Shown piece by piece: positions 14,386-26,466 of a DNA stretch of 64,000 nt. Origin of the DNA: Botryllus schlosseri (taxonomy: Eukaryota); assembly GCA_051294905.1 (NCBI GenBank), contig CM119371.1:37016001-37080000 (forward strand). The letters are read 5' to 3'. The notes under the pieces were generated by a model. The model ran no database searches, was not told where the DNA came from, and saw nothing but the letters and a program-made list of their open reading frames with translations. Numbering within the stretch: position 1 is the first letter of the stretch; each line of letters opens with the position of its first letter. A program made the translations under genes and the position numbers.

Positions 14386-14626
14386 GTGATGAGTTGATTA
14401 GAGTTAGCAAACTTTGTTACAAAATCTGTTGCAAATTTGTGTCTAACATTTTGCATTTAAAAACTTCAAGTAGGATGTTATCTCAATTGCTATATATTAG
14501 AGATGCTTTTAGTGGTGATCATTACAACAAGTGACACAGACTCTAGTATTGTAACTTTTCAATGTGACCTGAAAGATCGTTTAGGACTTTGGTGATATTT
14601 ACAAGTGTAGTGGAGGATCAAAGGAG

Positions 14627-15673
14627 ATGCATAACGGTGCCAAAAATCATGAATGTGATGTATGTGGGAAAATATTTACTCGGAAGTGTGACCTCAAGAG
14701 TCATATGGAGATGCATGCTGGCGTCAAAAACCATGCATGTAATGTGTGTGGAAAAGCATTTACTCAGAAAGTTAGCCTCAAACTCCATATGGACATACAT
14801 GCTGGCATCAAAAATCATGAATGTGCTGTGTGTGGAAAAGCATTTCATCGCAAACCTAACCTCAAGCTTCATATGGAGGTGCATGCTGGCGTCAAGAACC
14901 ATGAATGTAATGTGTGTGGCAAAGCTTTTACTCAGAAGGTAGGCCTCAATCGTCATATGAAGATCCATGCTGGCGTCAAAAATCATGAATGTGCTGTCTG
15001 TGGGAAATCATTTACCCATACGGGTGACATGAAGCTTCATATGCAGATGCATTTTGGCATCAAAAACCATGAATGTGATATATGTGGGAAAGCATTTACT
15101 CAGAAGAGTCATCTGAAGCTTCATATGCAGACGCATATTGGGATCAAAAATCATGAATGTGCTGTTTGTGGAAAATCATTTACTCAACAGAATAGCCTCA
15201 AGCTTCACATGGACATGCATGCTGATGTAAAAAATCATGAATGTGCTGTGTGTGGGAAAGCATTTACTCATAAGGGTCACCTGAAACCTCATAAGGAGAT
15301 GCATGTTGGGATCAAAAACCATGAATGTGCTGTGTGTGGAAAAGCATTTACTCGGAAGGGTCACCTCGAGCGTCATATGAAGAACCATGCAGGCGTCAAA
15401 AATCATGAATGTGCTGTGTGTGGAAAAGCATTTACTCAGCAGAGTACCCTCAAGCTTCATATGCAGATGCATATTGAGATCAAAAATCATGAATGCGCTG
15501 TTTGTGGAAAATCATTTACTCACAAGAATAGCCTCAAGCTTCACATGGAGATGCATTTTGGGATCAAAAACCATGAATGTGATATATGTGGGAAAGCATT
15601 GACTCGGAAGACAACCCTTACCGGACATATCCGGATACATGATTGCATGAAAAATCATAAATCTGGAATATGA
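14627..15673 (+). CDS. Tandem C2H2 zinc-finger protein ZNF-A, 12 fingers, no other domain
   Basis: 348-aa ORF of 28-aa C-x2-C-x12-H-x3-H repeats with HAGVKNHEC-type linkers, uninterrupted. The true start may lie on an upstream exon, since the frame is open back to TTTAG at about 14584. Confidence 0.85.
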   Translation: MHNGAKNHECDVCGKIFTRKCDLKSHMEMHAGVKNHACNVCGKAFTQKVSLKLHMDIHAGIKNHECAVCGKAFHRKPNLKLHMEVHAGVKNHECNVCGKAFTQKVGLNRHMKIHAGVKNHECAVCGKSFTHTGDMKLHMQMHFGIKNHECDICGKAFTQKSHLKLHMQTHIGIKNHECAVCGKSFTQQNSLKLHMDMHADVKNHECAVCGKAFTHKGHLKPHKEMHVGIKNHECAVCGKAFTRKGHLERHMKNHAGVKNHECAVCGKAFTQQSTLKLHMQMHIEIKNHECAVCGKSFTHKNSLKLHMEMHFGIKNHECDICGKALTRKTTLTGHIRIHDCMKNHKSGI

Positions 15674-17896
15674 GAAAATACATTTACTCAAAAGAGTCAC
15701 TTCGAACTCCATATGATTATCCTTGCTGACATCAAAAATCCTGTCTGCAATATGGGCAAGAAACCTCGAACATGCCCCTGACATGGTGGCGGAGTGGCAT
15801 TACAGTCCAAGTATACCCCATACGTAATGCTGTCCGCTCGCTGACATACAATATTTGTTTATGAAGCGAAAAGCAATCGCTACCTACATTTGGGTAGGCC
15901 TACTCATCCATTAATCACATGTTGCGCATCTATGTGTCGATTAGTTATCTATAGTCGAACATTTCGTAGACACTCGGCAGCATCTGGCGTCTGAGCGGGT
16001 TTGGCTTCTGTTGCACTCACGTGCATAGTCGTATTGAATTCACTGAACGCCAAATACCATGTTCAAAGTCTATTTCTGGTGAACTCCCGATTAATCCATT
16101 TTTTTCATATCACCTTACTATGTGCACCGAAATCGCGAGTGGTCTTGTTATGAACTGACCGGAAGTCAAGGAAATCGCTTGAATTCACTAATGAATTTCG
16201 TCATTATTATTAGTAGTTACCCATATTACTATCAAATATTTAAATGATGAAGCGGGAGTTTTCAAAAATTTGTGGCAAGTTATGAATGATGATGCATTTT
16301 CGGACTTTGTTGCATGCTGTTTTTTTCTTGAGCTGTCGTCAGGATTTTCGGTATAGTGGTAAGATGTTGGAAACGCCCAAACGTACCAGAAACAAATTTC
16401 TTTTGTGAAGGGCACACGGTTGCAAGTTGGTATTTATATCATTTTCCTCTGCTGTTCGCATCTGTACTGTGGGGCTCTGATTGCAAAGTACGCCTCTATA
16501 TTAAAATAAAAAAATTAATGAAGTCGCACTAAATATCGCATAGCGCGAAGAAAATCTCAAGTGTAATTAAAATCTCTCAAAAATTCGGGAGTCCATTCAT
16601 AAATTCAATTTCCGTGTCGACGGTGAATTACGTGTCGAAGTGAATTACGTGTTAACGGATGCTCAAAATTTTTTCTACAGCTGCATGTTGCTGGGATGTA
16701 ACCAAGTCACAAGGTTCCGGGTCACTAGTCAATCCCGGGTTTTAATGACTCGACTTGAGTCACGATTTTTTGATGACTGGACTTGACTCGAGTCATTTTC
16801 TCAAAATAGGGAAATGACTTGATTCGACTCCAGTCAATTTGTGTATTGACTCGACTTGGGCTCGATTCATTGCGCATGACTCGGACCAAGTCATATGAAT
16901 CGAGACTCGGACGGCCAAGGCCGACATTTAATCGTAATTCCGAAGAATAGTAATATAGCCAGACTATAGGGATTTCGTTTATTGGTACTGGTACTTGAAA
17001 ATGCGACCAGAAACTGCTAAAAGTGAGGAAAATCATAATTTATAAATTCGAACCATTCGATATCACTAAACGGAGTTACAAAAATTGGATTTAACAAGAC
17101 TTGAACTGGAAACTGAGCAGTCGACACAATGACTTGGACTCGGACTCGAGTCATAATACCATGTCTCGGACTCGACCCTCTGATCGCTGACTTGGACTTG
17201 GACTAGACTCGCTGGTGTATTGAAAATGACTCGACTTGACTCGAGTCAAAACTATAAAAGTGAGATTGACTTGTGATTCGGAGCCTTGTGACTTGGTTAC
17301 AACCCTGAGTCAATCTCACTTTTATAGTTTTGACTCGTGTCAAGTCAAGTCGTTTTTAATTCATCACCGAGTTAGTTCCGAGTCCGCTAGTACAGGGTCG
17401 AGTCCGAGTCAAAGTCGTTATGTCCATTGTTCAATTTCCAGTTCAATCCGGTTCAACCCACATTTTCAACTCTGCTTGAGTGATATAGAATGGTAAATTT
17501 CCCCAGTCTAATAGTTTCTGGTCCTATTCTCCAAGTATCGAGACTGATATACGAGAAACCAAGAATGCGTTAACTTTACTATCCTTCAGAGTTAAAATGA
17601 AATGTCTGTCCCGACCGTCCTAGTGTCGAGTCATATGACTTGGTTCGAGTGATGCACAATGAATCTAGTCACTAAATTTTTGCGACTGGCGTCGAGTCAT
17701 TACAACCCAGGCAGGTTGACCAGCCCTGAGCGAGAGCATTGATTTCCAGTGCTTTACAACAAGTGTTTTACCTGACATGCTGTTGTGTTTCAAATTGCCA
17801 TAAATATTGTGTTGCTATTGTTGCAGATTAGTTGTAGTTGTCGAGAATTCAAAAGTTCTGTATACAGGATAACGTGACTATGACTGGTAATTGGCT

Positions 17897-18013
17897 ATGC
17901 TGCTGCATCAGCCCTTTACAGCGTTGGTGTTTCACATAGGGCAGGCATATACAAAAGTTGGGATTGCTGCGGACTCGACACCCCACATGCCCCCACTGTT
18001 CTTAAAATCCATG
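17897..18013 (+). pseudogene. ACTR10: ACTR10-like first coding exon, copy 2 (rest of gene largely deleted)
   Basis: MLLHQPFTALVFHIGQAYTKVGIAADSTPH...; GTGAGT donor at 18014. Flanks are homologous to 300-720 and 28500-30000. Confidence 0.7.
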
Positions 18014-19991
18014 GTGAGTTGAGGAACGCCAAGTTGTGCTTATACTATTACTCAAAGTATTTTAGTTGAACATTTTCTGATACAGAATTAGCCGGTTTAT
18101 AATTTTCATCAGCCGTAACCAGACAATCCAATGTATAATGCGAAATGTGATGTAAGAAACATATATCGTTTCAATTTATTCATCATTTCAAAAACATCAC
18201 ACGATTGGTAGGAAGGACAGGAAGTCGAAGCGACCGAGTAGTTTTCAACGAAACAACAACCTTGGAATAGAACATATATATAAGAGGAATGCACGCTGAA
18301 TTGATGGTGTAACATTCTAGAATATGTATGTATAATTACTTGAACCTTGTCATCACATGCTCAACCCTCTTCTAGAGTGAAAATTGAAGTACCGGTAGTC
18401 GTTGAATTTTTTAGGGGCAGAGATCGCAGTAATCTCTAGATTACTCATATCTTCTATGTCTAGAACACCAAAACTTTGGAGTACGGTAATTATTTGTTAA
18501 TGGAATATTATTGTGCTGAAATGCTGCAATATTTTTAGTTTTTCGCTGTAATATGTGAAGAAATCCTCTGTTTATATAGCTAAATAATCTGTCCATGATA
18601 TCATAGTAAATACCTAGTAGATCTAACTGGTGCACTTTATTTGTTTGTTAATTTTTATTTCTGGTTGTGTTCTTTATTTTGTATTTCATGATAAATGATG
18701 GACACCAAGCCTCGGTGACGGTGACAGTAGTTCACTCGTTCTACTGTCCTGTAACATTATCTATTTTCTATATGTTGCATTTATTTGATTTCCAAACTCA
18801 ACTCTTCTCTGAACAAAACGTAGCCTATTTCGCATTTTGTATTTCAAACTTCAAACCGCGTCAGCGGTGTCTTACGAAAGCCTAGAGGTGGGCCTAAGTC
18901 AGCAGTTATGGAAAATGATGAAGAATATCGACCTGGTGTAAATGACCATTGCAGTCGAGTGAGTCGACAAACACCGCGAATACCCCTAAACAAAAGTTCA
19001 CTATTCAATAGTACAAGTACAATTAGTACAAGTAAGCTACAACAAGTACAAGTAGGTCTTCCAGGTGGTACGCGAGTGGATTCTGTTTTTTTCGACCGAA
19101 GGGAGTAGGCTAATTAGTTAAGGTGGGGCTGAACATAAATATTGTTCTCCAATAAACATTCAGGCTTAGCATGGCCTCCTAGTACTCAACTCTAGCTTCT
19201 CACGCTATTCCCCAACTGCTAAGTTTCCTTTTTACGTGGGAGTGCGAGCAAGGATTTTTATATTCGATGAGTGATGACTATCATGTCGAAGAAACGAAAC
19301 CGACTTGAGCCCATGCATGACTATCGGTGCGCTGTGAGCTAACATATGCCACGCATCGACCAGCTAGTGCAGTGTTCTCAAACTGGGGGGCGTGAAACCA
19401 TCTGAAGGGGGCGCGATCGCGAAACTGCGGCCAACTGATTTTTTTTTTCGCGCTTCGCGCGATTTACCCCCAATTCATTGTTTTTGTTTTATGTATAGTC
19501 CTTATTGCATATTTAAGAATTCTCCTATCAACTGTCATAATCTTCCGTGTCATCAAATTATTCTTTGGGATTGCTAGCATTCTGGTTGCATTTTGTGATA
19601 TGACGATAAGGGCTAATTCCATTATAACTTAACAGGGGCTGTAATGCATACCCTCAGAATTGTCCAATATTTACAAATGTTGTTCTTTTTTGAATTCTGG
19701 GTACATTAAAAAAAAGTAGATTGAAAAATTTCCAGCGGTTCAAAAGATAATGCAATTCAAAATTATCATGTCACTAGGTGGCGCTGCACGCAAAATTCTC
19801 AAAAATCCATATTTTTTGCTGTAATAATGGTGGAGAATCACTTAAAATGTCTAATTATACAATTTTGGGGCCAAGGAATTCAAAAAAATCAACATTTTCG
19901 CTCTAAACTCGAAGAAAAAAAAGTTACGGACAAAACAAAATTGGGGGGGAGCGGACTTGAAAATCCATGTAGGCTACCGTTTACAGAAAAA

Positions 19992-20286
19992 AAAATTATT
20001 GCAAAATGTACTCTGAAGCAGTGTGATTGAGAAACAATTGGATTTTTAAATTAATCTCTATTCCTCAAGGAAATCACGAAAAAAATAATCTTTGCTTTGA
20101 CTGATTGATTATAATAGTAGTTGTGGTGGGCAGCAGTGCAAATCTGCTCACCGTAACTACTATATTAAGCAATCACTTGAAGCAAAGATTATTTTTTTTC
20201 GTGATTTCCTTGAGGAATAGAGATTAATTTAAAAATCCAATTGTTTCTCAATCACACTGCTTCAGAGTACATTCTGCAATAATTTT
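19992..20286. repeat. About 295-bp near-perfect palindrome
   Basis: AAAATTATTGCAAAATGTACTCTGAAGCAGTGTGATTGAG... is the reverse complement of ...CTCAATCACACTGCTTCAGAGTACATTCTGCAATAATTTT. Pairing continues imperfectly to a loop of about 10 nt near 20135-20143. Confidence 0.9.
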
Positions 20287-21084
20287 CGTTGGTATCGTAG
20301 ATTTTGCACTGTCGGTGAACGTATCATGTGATATTTTACAGCTTGTAGCCTACTTTATAGGCCTACTGTTGTAAACGGCCAATAGTCTGCTCATACTGAA
20401 TCATCAACGGTCAAATGAAACAAATAGGTGGACATGGTATTATGGTCAACGTACCGCAATATCCTAACTGGGGCATGATTCTTATATTGAGAAGCGCATG
20501 ATGAAAAATTGTAATAAACAACATTGTCAGAATGAAGCAACATGGTGTCTTACCAGTAGTGTATGCACAACTTGAGTGTTGTCAGCCAACAACTGCTGCT
20601 GTTGAACGTCCTTGATGCACTTTTTACCCAAGAATATAGGAAAGTATCTCTCGTTGTACTACAATTTTTTTAAATTATTTCCACCATAATACGTATTGCA
20701 ACCACTGGAATTCTTCATAGGGCCAGATTTCGTTAAAATATTGTTTTTTATATGTACAAAGTTGCCTGTTTCTATGCCAAAAACGTATTTTCAGGCCAAA
20801 CTACTTTGTTGGGACAGCCAGTTACAACCGGAAATGTAGATAACTGGTACAATTTTGACATTATTTAGGAAAACACCTAATTTGCATACGATAGGTCAAA
20901 ATTTGGTCAAAATTCATTTTTTTAGGTCAAAAAAAGTCAAAATTTTAATTTTTTAGGTCAAAATTTTCTTTTTTTAGGTAAAAAAAAAACCACTCTAGTC
21001 ATTAGTAGTACTGTAACACGTGTTCTTTGAATGCTTTAGAGTCGATAGCAGTAGTTTATGCTTTGGAGCAACAATATTGCAGTC

Positions 21085-22357
21085 ATGGCAGAAGCAAATC
21101 GGCGAAAGATTGTACACATGCCGCAGCGAAGAACAAGATCTAAATCTGAGCAGTACCGTACTTGGTTGGATATACTTGCGATTACATCTGTGGCTTGAGA
21201 TTTCCTACTATACGAGAAGTAATGAGATACTTGGTGCATCTGAAAGAGCATTGTCCTCAGTCAACTCCTACTCATGAACTATGTAATGTGCTGGTGGTGG
21301 ATGATGTAATGACATTGTGGAAAATGGCGAGGATTGAAAACCTGCATTAAAGATGGCGTGATCACATGGTATGCCCAACTTAAGAAGAGCTTGAACAGTC
21401 TGGACAGAAAACAGCAATTCCAGACTCTGACTATTCCTATATGTTTTAAAGAACGAGCAGCAATGACAGGTGATAACTTCAAGCTACTACTAACCAGAAA
21501 AGATTTCTTCCCACGGGATGACTACAGACAATGTGTGCATAATGCTCTTGCGCTTCTCGGTGCAGGTGAAGATATACATCATCACAAACCTGGTGCAACA
21601 TACCATGCAAGGTGGATGGGCACAATTCTGTATGCTCAGAAGATGTTCATGTGGGCTGATCAGTTACATTACAAATCTGAAGAAGTGGAACTGCTGCATC
21701 GCTTCAATTTATTTTTAGTTCTCTTTTATATCCCTGCCTGGGTTGCTTCCAGCATCGGTCGTGATGCAGCCGGTGAAGACTTGAGATTCACTCAGGAGAT
21801 CTTGAGTTACAAGGAACATGATGAACAAGCTTCCAAAGCTGCTTTACAAAAGCTTTTGAAGTATGACTGGTATATCGTGGAGGAAACCGCTGTATATGCT
21901 TTGTTTTCGCCGAGTGAAAGCATTGAAACCCGAGAAAATATGGCAAAGATGCTCCTGCAGGTAGAGCAAACTTCAAGTTTCAGAAGGGGCCAGGCCTCGT
22001 TTAGTGCAACTGTACAGGTCTACAAGGACACTACTTTTTCTGTCTTTATTGGCCCACAGACATGGTACATATTTGATCTTTCTGAATGCTGTGGGACGTG
22101 GCTAACTCAACCGGTTGATGTTTGGAACTTATCAGATTCCTCCATCAGAATGAGCTCCTACATCAGTTCTGTCAAAGTCGTTAATAATGCCGCAGAACGA
22201 GGTGTAAAGCTAAGCACAGACTATGCTGCAATCTTGACTGACAATGAACAAAAACAGAGACAGTGTGCTTCAAGCTGTGGAACAGCATAGGAAGACAGTT
22301 GGAGACAGCAGGAAGTCAACTCTAATCAAAAGCCTGTTATCTGCAACTTGTGCCTGA
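21085..22357 (+). pseudogene. Internally deleted, frameshifted DNA transposase (hAT-group, probably hATm-like)
   Basis: N-terminal ICGLRFPTIREVM...LWKMARI and C-terminal PRDDYRQ...LLG, PGATYHARWM..ILY..K, VVNNAAERGVKL..DY..ILTDNEQ..VLQAVEQHRK motifs, spread over several frames. The central catalytic part appears missing near 21420. Subfamily assignment is from memory. Confidence 0.65.
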
Positions 22358-25300
22358 CAATGCAACACTGATCCTGCAGCGTACTTTTTCAATGTCTTTC
22401 GTAAATAGTGCTTTTTGCCTTCATTAATTGTGAATATAAGTGTAATATGCGTTCGTATATTGGTGAGACGTCGACTGGACATAACAAGTACTACTGAGAT
22501 GTTGACTACTGGTAAGAAATTTTTGAGTTTCACTCATTGTCAGTAAGTTTTGGAAAGGTTCAAGGTAGCAAAATGCATGCATCTAGTTGATTCGTATCTC
22601 AACTACCGAGAGCACCTGTGCAATACATAGTAACACTATTATACACATTCTGCAGGTAGATAATAACTTAGGGGGTTGCGGTGTTGTACTATGGTCTCTC
22701 GATGACAACATTAAAAAAAGCAATATATGATATCATGTCTGCAATGCCACCAACAGAAACGACTGCACGACAGCGCACAGAAATCGTAACCAGCAGTGTT
22801 CACAAAGTCGGTCTTTCAGCCAATCGGTAGCTTATTATTATTTTTTTGTTTTTGTTTCTGTTTGCCTGCCCACTTCATCGATGCCCCGCCCACTCACCGA
22901 CGGCTACTTTCAAACGCATTTAGACAAATCTTACCAGCTTTCTTGCGAGCTTCTTTCAGGCCCATTATTGTTTTTTAACAATAATCTACAGAATAACCCG
23001 TGGATATGCAGTATTCCAAACATTTTCCAAATTTTGAACAGCCCTATTGGACAATCTATAATTTAGCGACATTTGGCAGTGTAATAGAGGCTTGCAAATG
23101 GCGTAGTCGTAATTCTGACGAAAGATACTAAACTGAAGTTGATGATTTTAAACAGGACTTCGCCTTGCAGATACGATGCAGGGTTGTAACCAAGTCACAA
23201 GGCTCCGAGTCAAGAGTCAATTTCTCTTTTATGATTTTGTCTCGAGTAAAGTCGAGTCATTTTCAATTCACCATCGAGTCAAGTCAAAGTCCAAGTTAGC
23301 GAGCAGAGGCTCAAGTCCAAGTCATGGTATTGTGACTCGAGTCCAAGTTATTGTGTTGACTGCTCAGTTTCCCGTTGAAGACTTTTTATAACTCTGTTTG
23401 GGGATATCGAACAGTTCGCATATATAATATGCTAATTTGCCTCACTCTTTTCCTCACAGATTGACTCGAGTCGAGTCATTTCCGTAGTTTGAGAAAATGA
23501 CTCGAGTCATCAGAAAATCGTGACTCGAGTCATTACAAACCTGGAACCGGAGCCCTGTATGAAATGTGTGATGTCACAAACGTGGCAGCAATTGAAAATG
23601 GGAATATTTACTTTCCAGTTGCATACATACCTTGCATGTCGCATTTCACTGTTACATTTTTGTAGTGTTATGTTGATATGTAGTATACGAATAAAGATTC
23701 TCTCTCTCTCTCTCTGTTGCGATTGTGGGATTTTGTGATATCATCGATAGACCACAGCCTTGTCGTTTAGTATTGCCAGTTCCGCTGTTTAGGGTTCGTT
23801 TAGAGTCGAGACGTTGGTTGATTTTGTGGTATTTATGGTGTTTTTCGACTACTCTGATCAATTGATCATGGTCATTTGCACCAGGCCTGTATTCTTCATT
23901 TTTTTTTCCGTAACTGCCGACTTATAGCACAGCCCGCTTCCAGACTTTTTGAAAGACACCGCTTATGAGGAGTCGAGTGATTTGGATTGGTCCTGTAGTC
24001 TGTCAGATCCTCAGTTTTTTGGTCTGGTCAGTGGGTCACCTTCCCACATCACAAGTTAGACTGAGTTTGTCATGATCTGCAGTTTTGCTCAGCCCGCTGT
24101 TAAGTTTTTAGTATTACAAGTTTCGCCTGGTCCACGGTCGGCTTGGTCCGCCGTTTAGCGTTGGCCGGGATGTCACTACATGCAATATAATATTACAATT
24201 TTCAGTCAGTACGAGGAGCAGTGGTGCCACTCTTAGCGTTTTGACACTAGATTTAGTGTATTCTGACTTGACCTAGGGTTCTAGGGTATTTTTTCATCAA
24301 AAGTCTGACATTAAATGAAGATGTTGTTTTAATGGGCTCGACAATCGACATGATATATACTTTATTGACGAATATCAAGTATTATCCGTCTAGTGGTGCT
24401 CATTTATCACAGGAACAAACTTCATAGGTATAAAGCCTTGCCGCCACTTATTTCTATCACTGGCAGATTGATGATCCTGTGATTATATCCAGAATCTCCA
24501 ACACTTTATAAATGTAATGCCGATTTGTGTTCTATTGTTTGTGAGTCCATGTTGAAGTTATACCGGGTCATAACTGGCAGTTTGTCAATCTAATCGTGAT
24601 GTTCTAGTACGGGTGAATTTTGTATGACAGCGACTGAGATAAACCGGGCCAACCGGCAACGTTATCATTAGTTTTACCTTGGTCCCAAAAGCAAACCGAT
24701 GAAAGAAGCGAACATGATACCTTGCCGCAAATTGCCTCCAGGGGCCCATTCATGAATTATTTTTAAAGGTGTATGCATTATTGCACATTTTGTGTAGCTC
24801 TGTGATATACACCTAGATATATATCCCTGGTGTTGCCAAGGATGTAAATGTCTTTAAGGGTACATATTTGAATTGAAAAATGGCGTGACGTCATACCACC
24901 CAGACTGGAATCGAAGGTTGTTTTCGACAACATGTTGTGCGTGACAGCCAGATTTCTCGCGTGATTGGAAAATTTCATCCGCGTGACGGAAATATATTTC
25001 GCTCTGATTCGATACTGAATTACTTATTATACGACACAATGTGCTAAAATAGACATGGTATAGTGAACAGCCCCAATGCACAAATTAGTATTTCAGCAAT
25101 ATGCTGAAATATAAGTAGCATATCAATGAAACTATATACTTGAGCAAGTGAAACTGGTAGATAAACCCACCCGGGTACTGTGGAAAAGCAGAAACACTGT
25201 ATAACTGATGAACTATTTTAGTGGAAAGTGGACATGTGTCAAGTGTGATAAGGGGTGATAAGTGCTTGGTTTCTACTAGAGTCGAGTATTCGATTATCAC

Positions 25301-25461
25301 TCATTATGACAGTCTTTTATGCGACCACAATGACTATATTGCCAATTCTACATCACGTTGAAGATTTGGTATTTTTCAACCATACCATATGATTGCACTT
25401 TGTGACAATGCTGTGAGTGGTCAGGAATTCACAGATATGACATTTCCACTAATGTGTGCAG

Positions 25462-25899
25462 TAAAGTTGCTTAAGAATAACTTTTTTCGGATCCCAGGCA
25501 TTCACAGGTTGAATTGTTAGGTTGCCTAAAAAGTCGCTGCTTACCAAATCTGGCTCAATTCCAACCAGTATACGTCGACACAGCCAATTGAATTTTTTGA
25601 ATTCATTATAAAAAATGAAAAAAAATTCAAATTTTACTGTCAACCCCATGAAATTGTTTAACTGTCGACAAAAACGTAGCAAAACAAATTCCATGCAATT
25701 GCAACACATAGAAGTGAAGTTATTTTCGTTTTTCAATCATAATTCTGGGATTTTCCACTGTCTATCCTGTCTTATTTTTGCAAATCCGAATCTTTCAGCT
25801 GCAATAACTTCGCTTCTATGGGTTGGACTGGGGTCACATTTGTTTTGCATCATTTTTGGAGACTGCTGAACAATTTTTTCTTATTTTTTAATAACCTTA
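25462..25899. mobile_element. MITE nested in the ZNF-B upstream MITE; orthologous insertion at 53627-54198
   Basis: Flanked by GTGTGCAG (25454-25461) and GTGTGTAG (25900-25907). Same insertion point and left end TAAAGTTGCTTAAGAATAAC upstream of ZNF-D. Absent upstream of ZNF-A and ZNF-C. Confidence 0.7.
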
Positions 25900-26466
25900 G
25901 TGTGTAGTTTTGTAGGCTACTACCGGTTTCGTATGCTACAGTACGACCAATCCAGGTTTAAAGGCCTCCACGGTGGAAAATAGTATCGGAAATATAGAAC
26001 GCGTCTGTATTTGTTTTTTCCAACGAAAATATCAAACAAACAGGCGATATGATCAATCGAGATTCATAGCCGTACACAGTGAAAATTGCATCAAAATTGT
26101 AATTGAATATCTCAAATATTAGCGACAAGATCATATAATTTCAGTGGTCGAAAATATCACTTCTGTCTATTCGACTCTAATCGTTAGAATTAATACTTGA
26201 TTCAGATTCGAGTACGGTTCTCAAATCATTGTGCCCAGCCATATTGATGAGTTGATTAGAGTTAACAAACTTTGTTACAAATCTGTTGGTAATTTGTGCC
26301 TAACATTTTACACTTGAATACTTCGAGTATGATGTTATCTCAATTCCTATATATAGTACATTCATTAGCAATCATTTCAACAAGTGACTTAAATATTATA
26401 ACTATTCATCATGTCTTTGAATATCGTTTAGCAGATGCTCACTAGAGTAGTGGAGGATTAGGGGAT

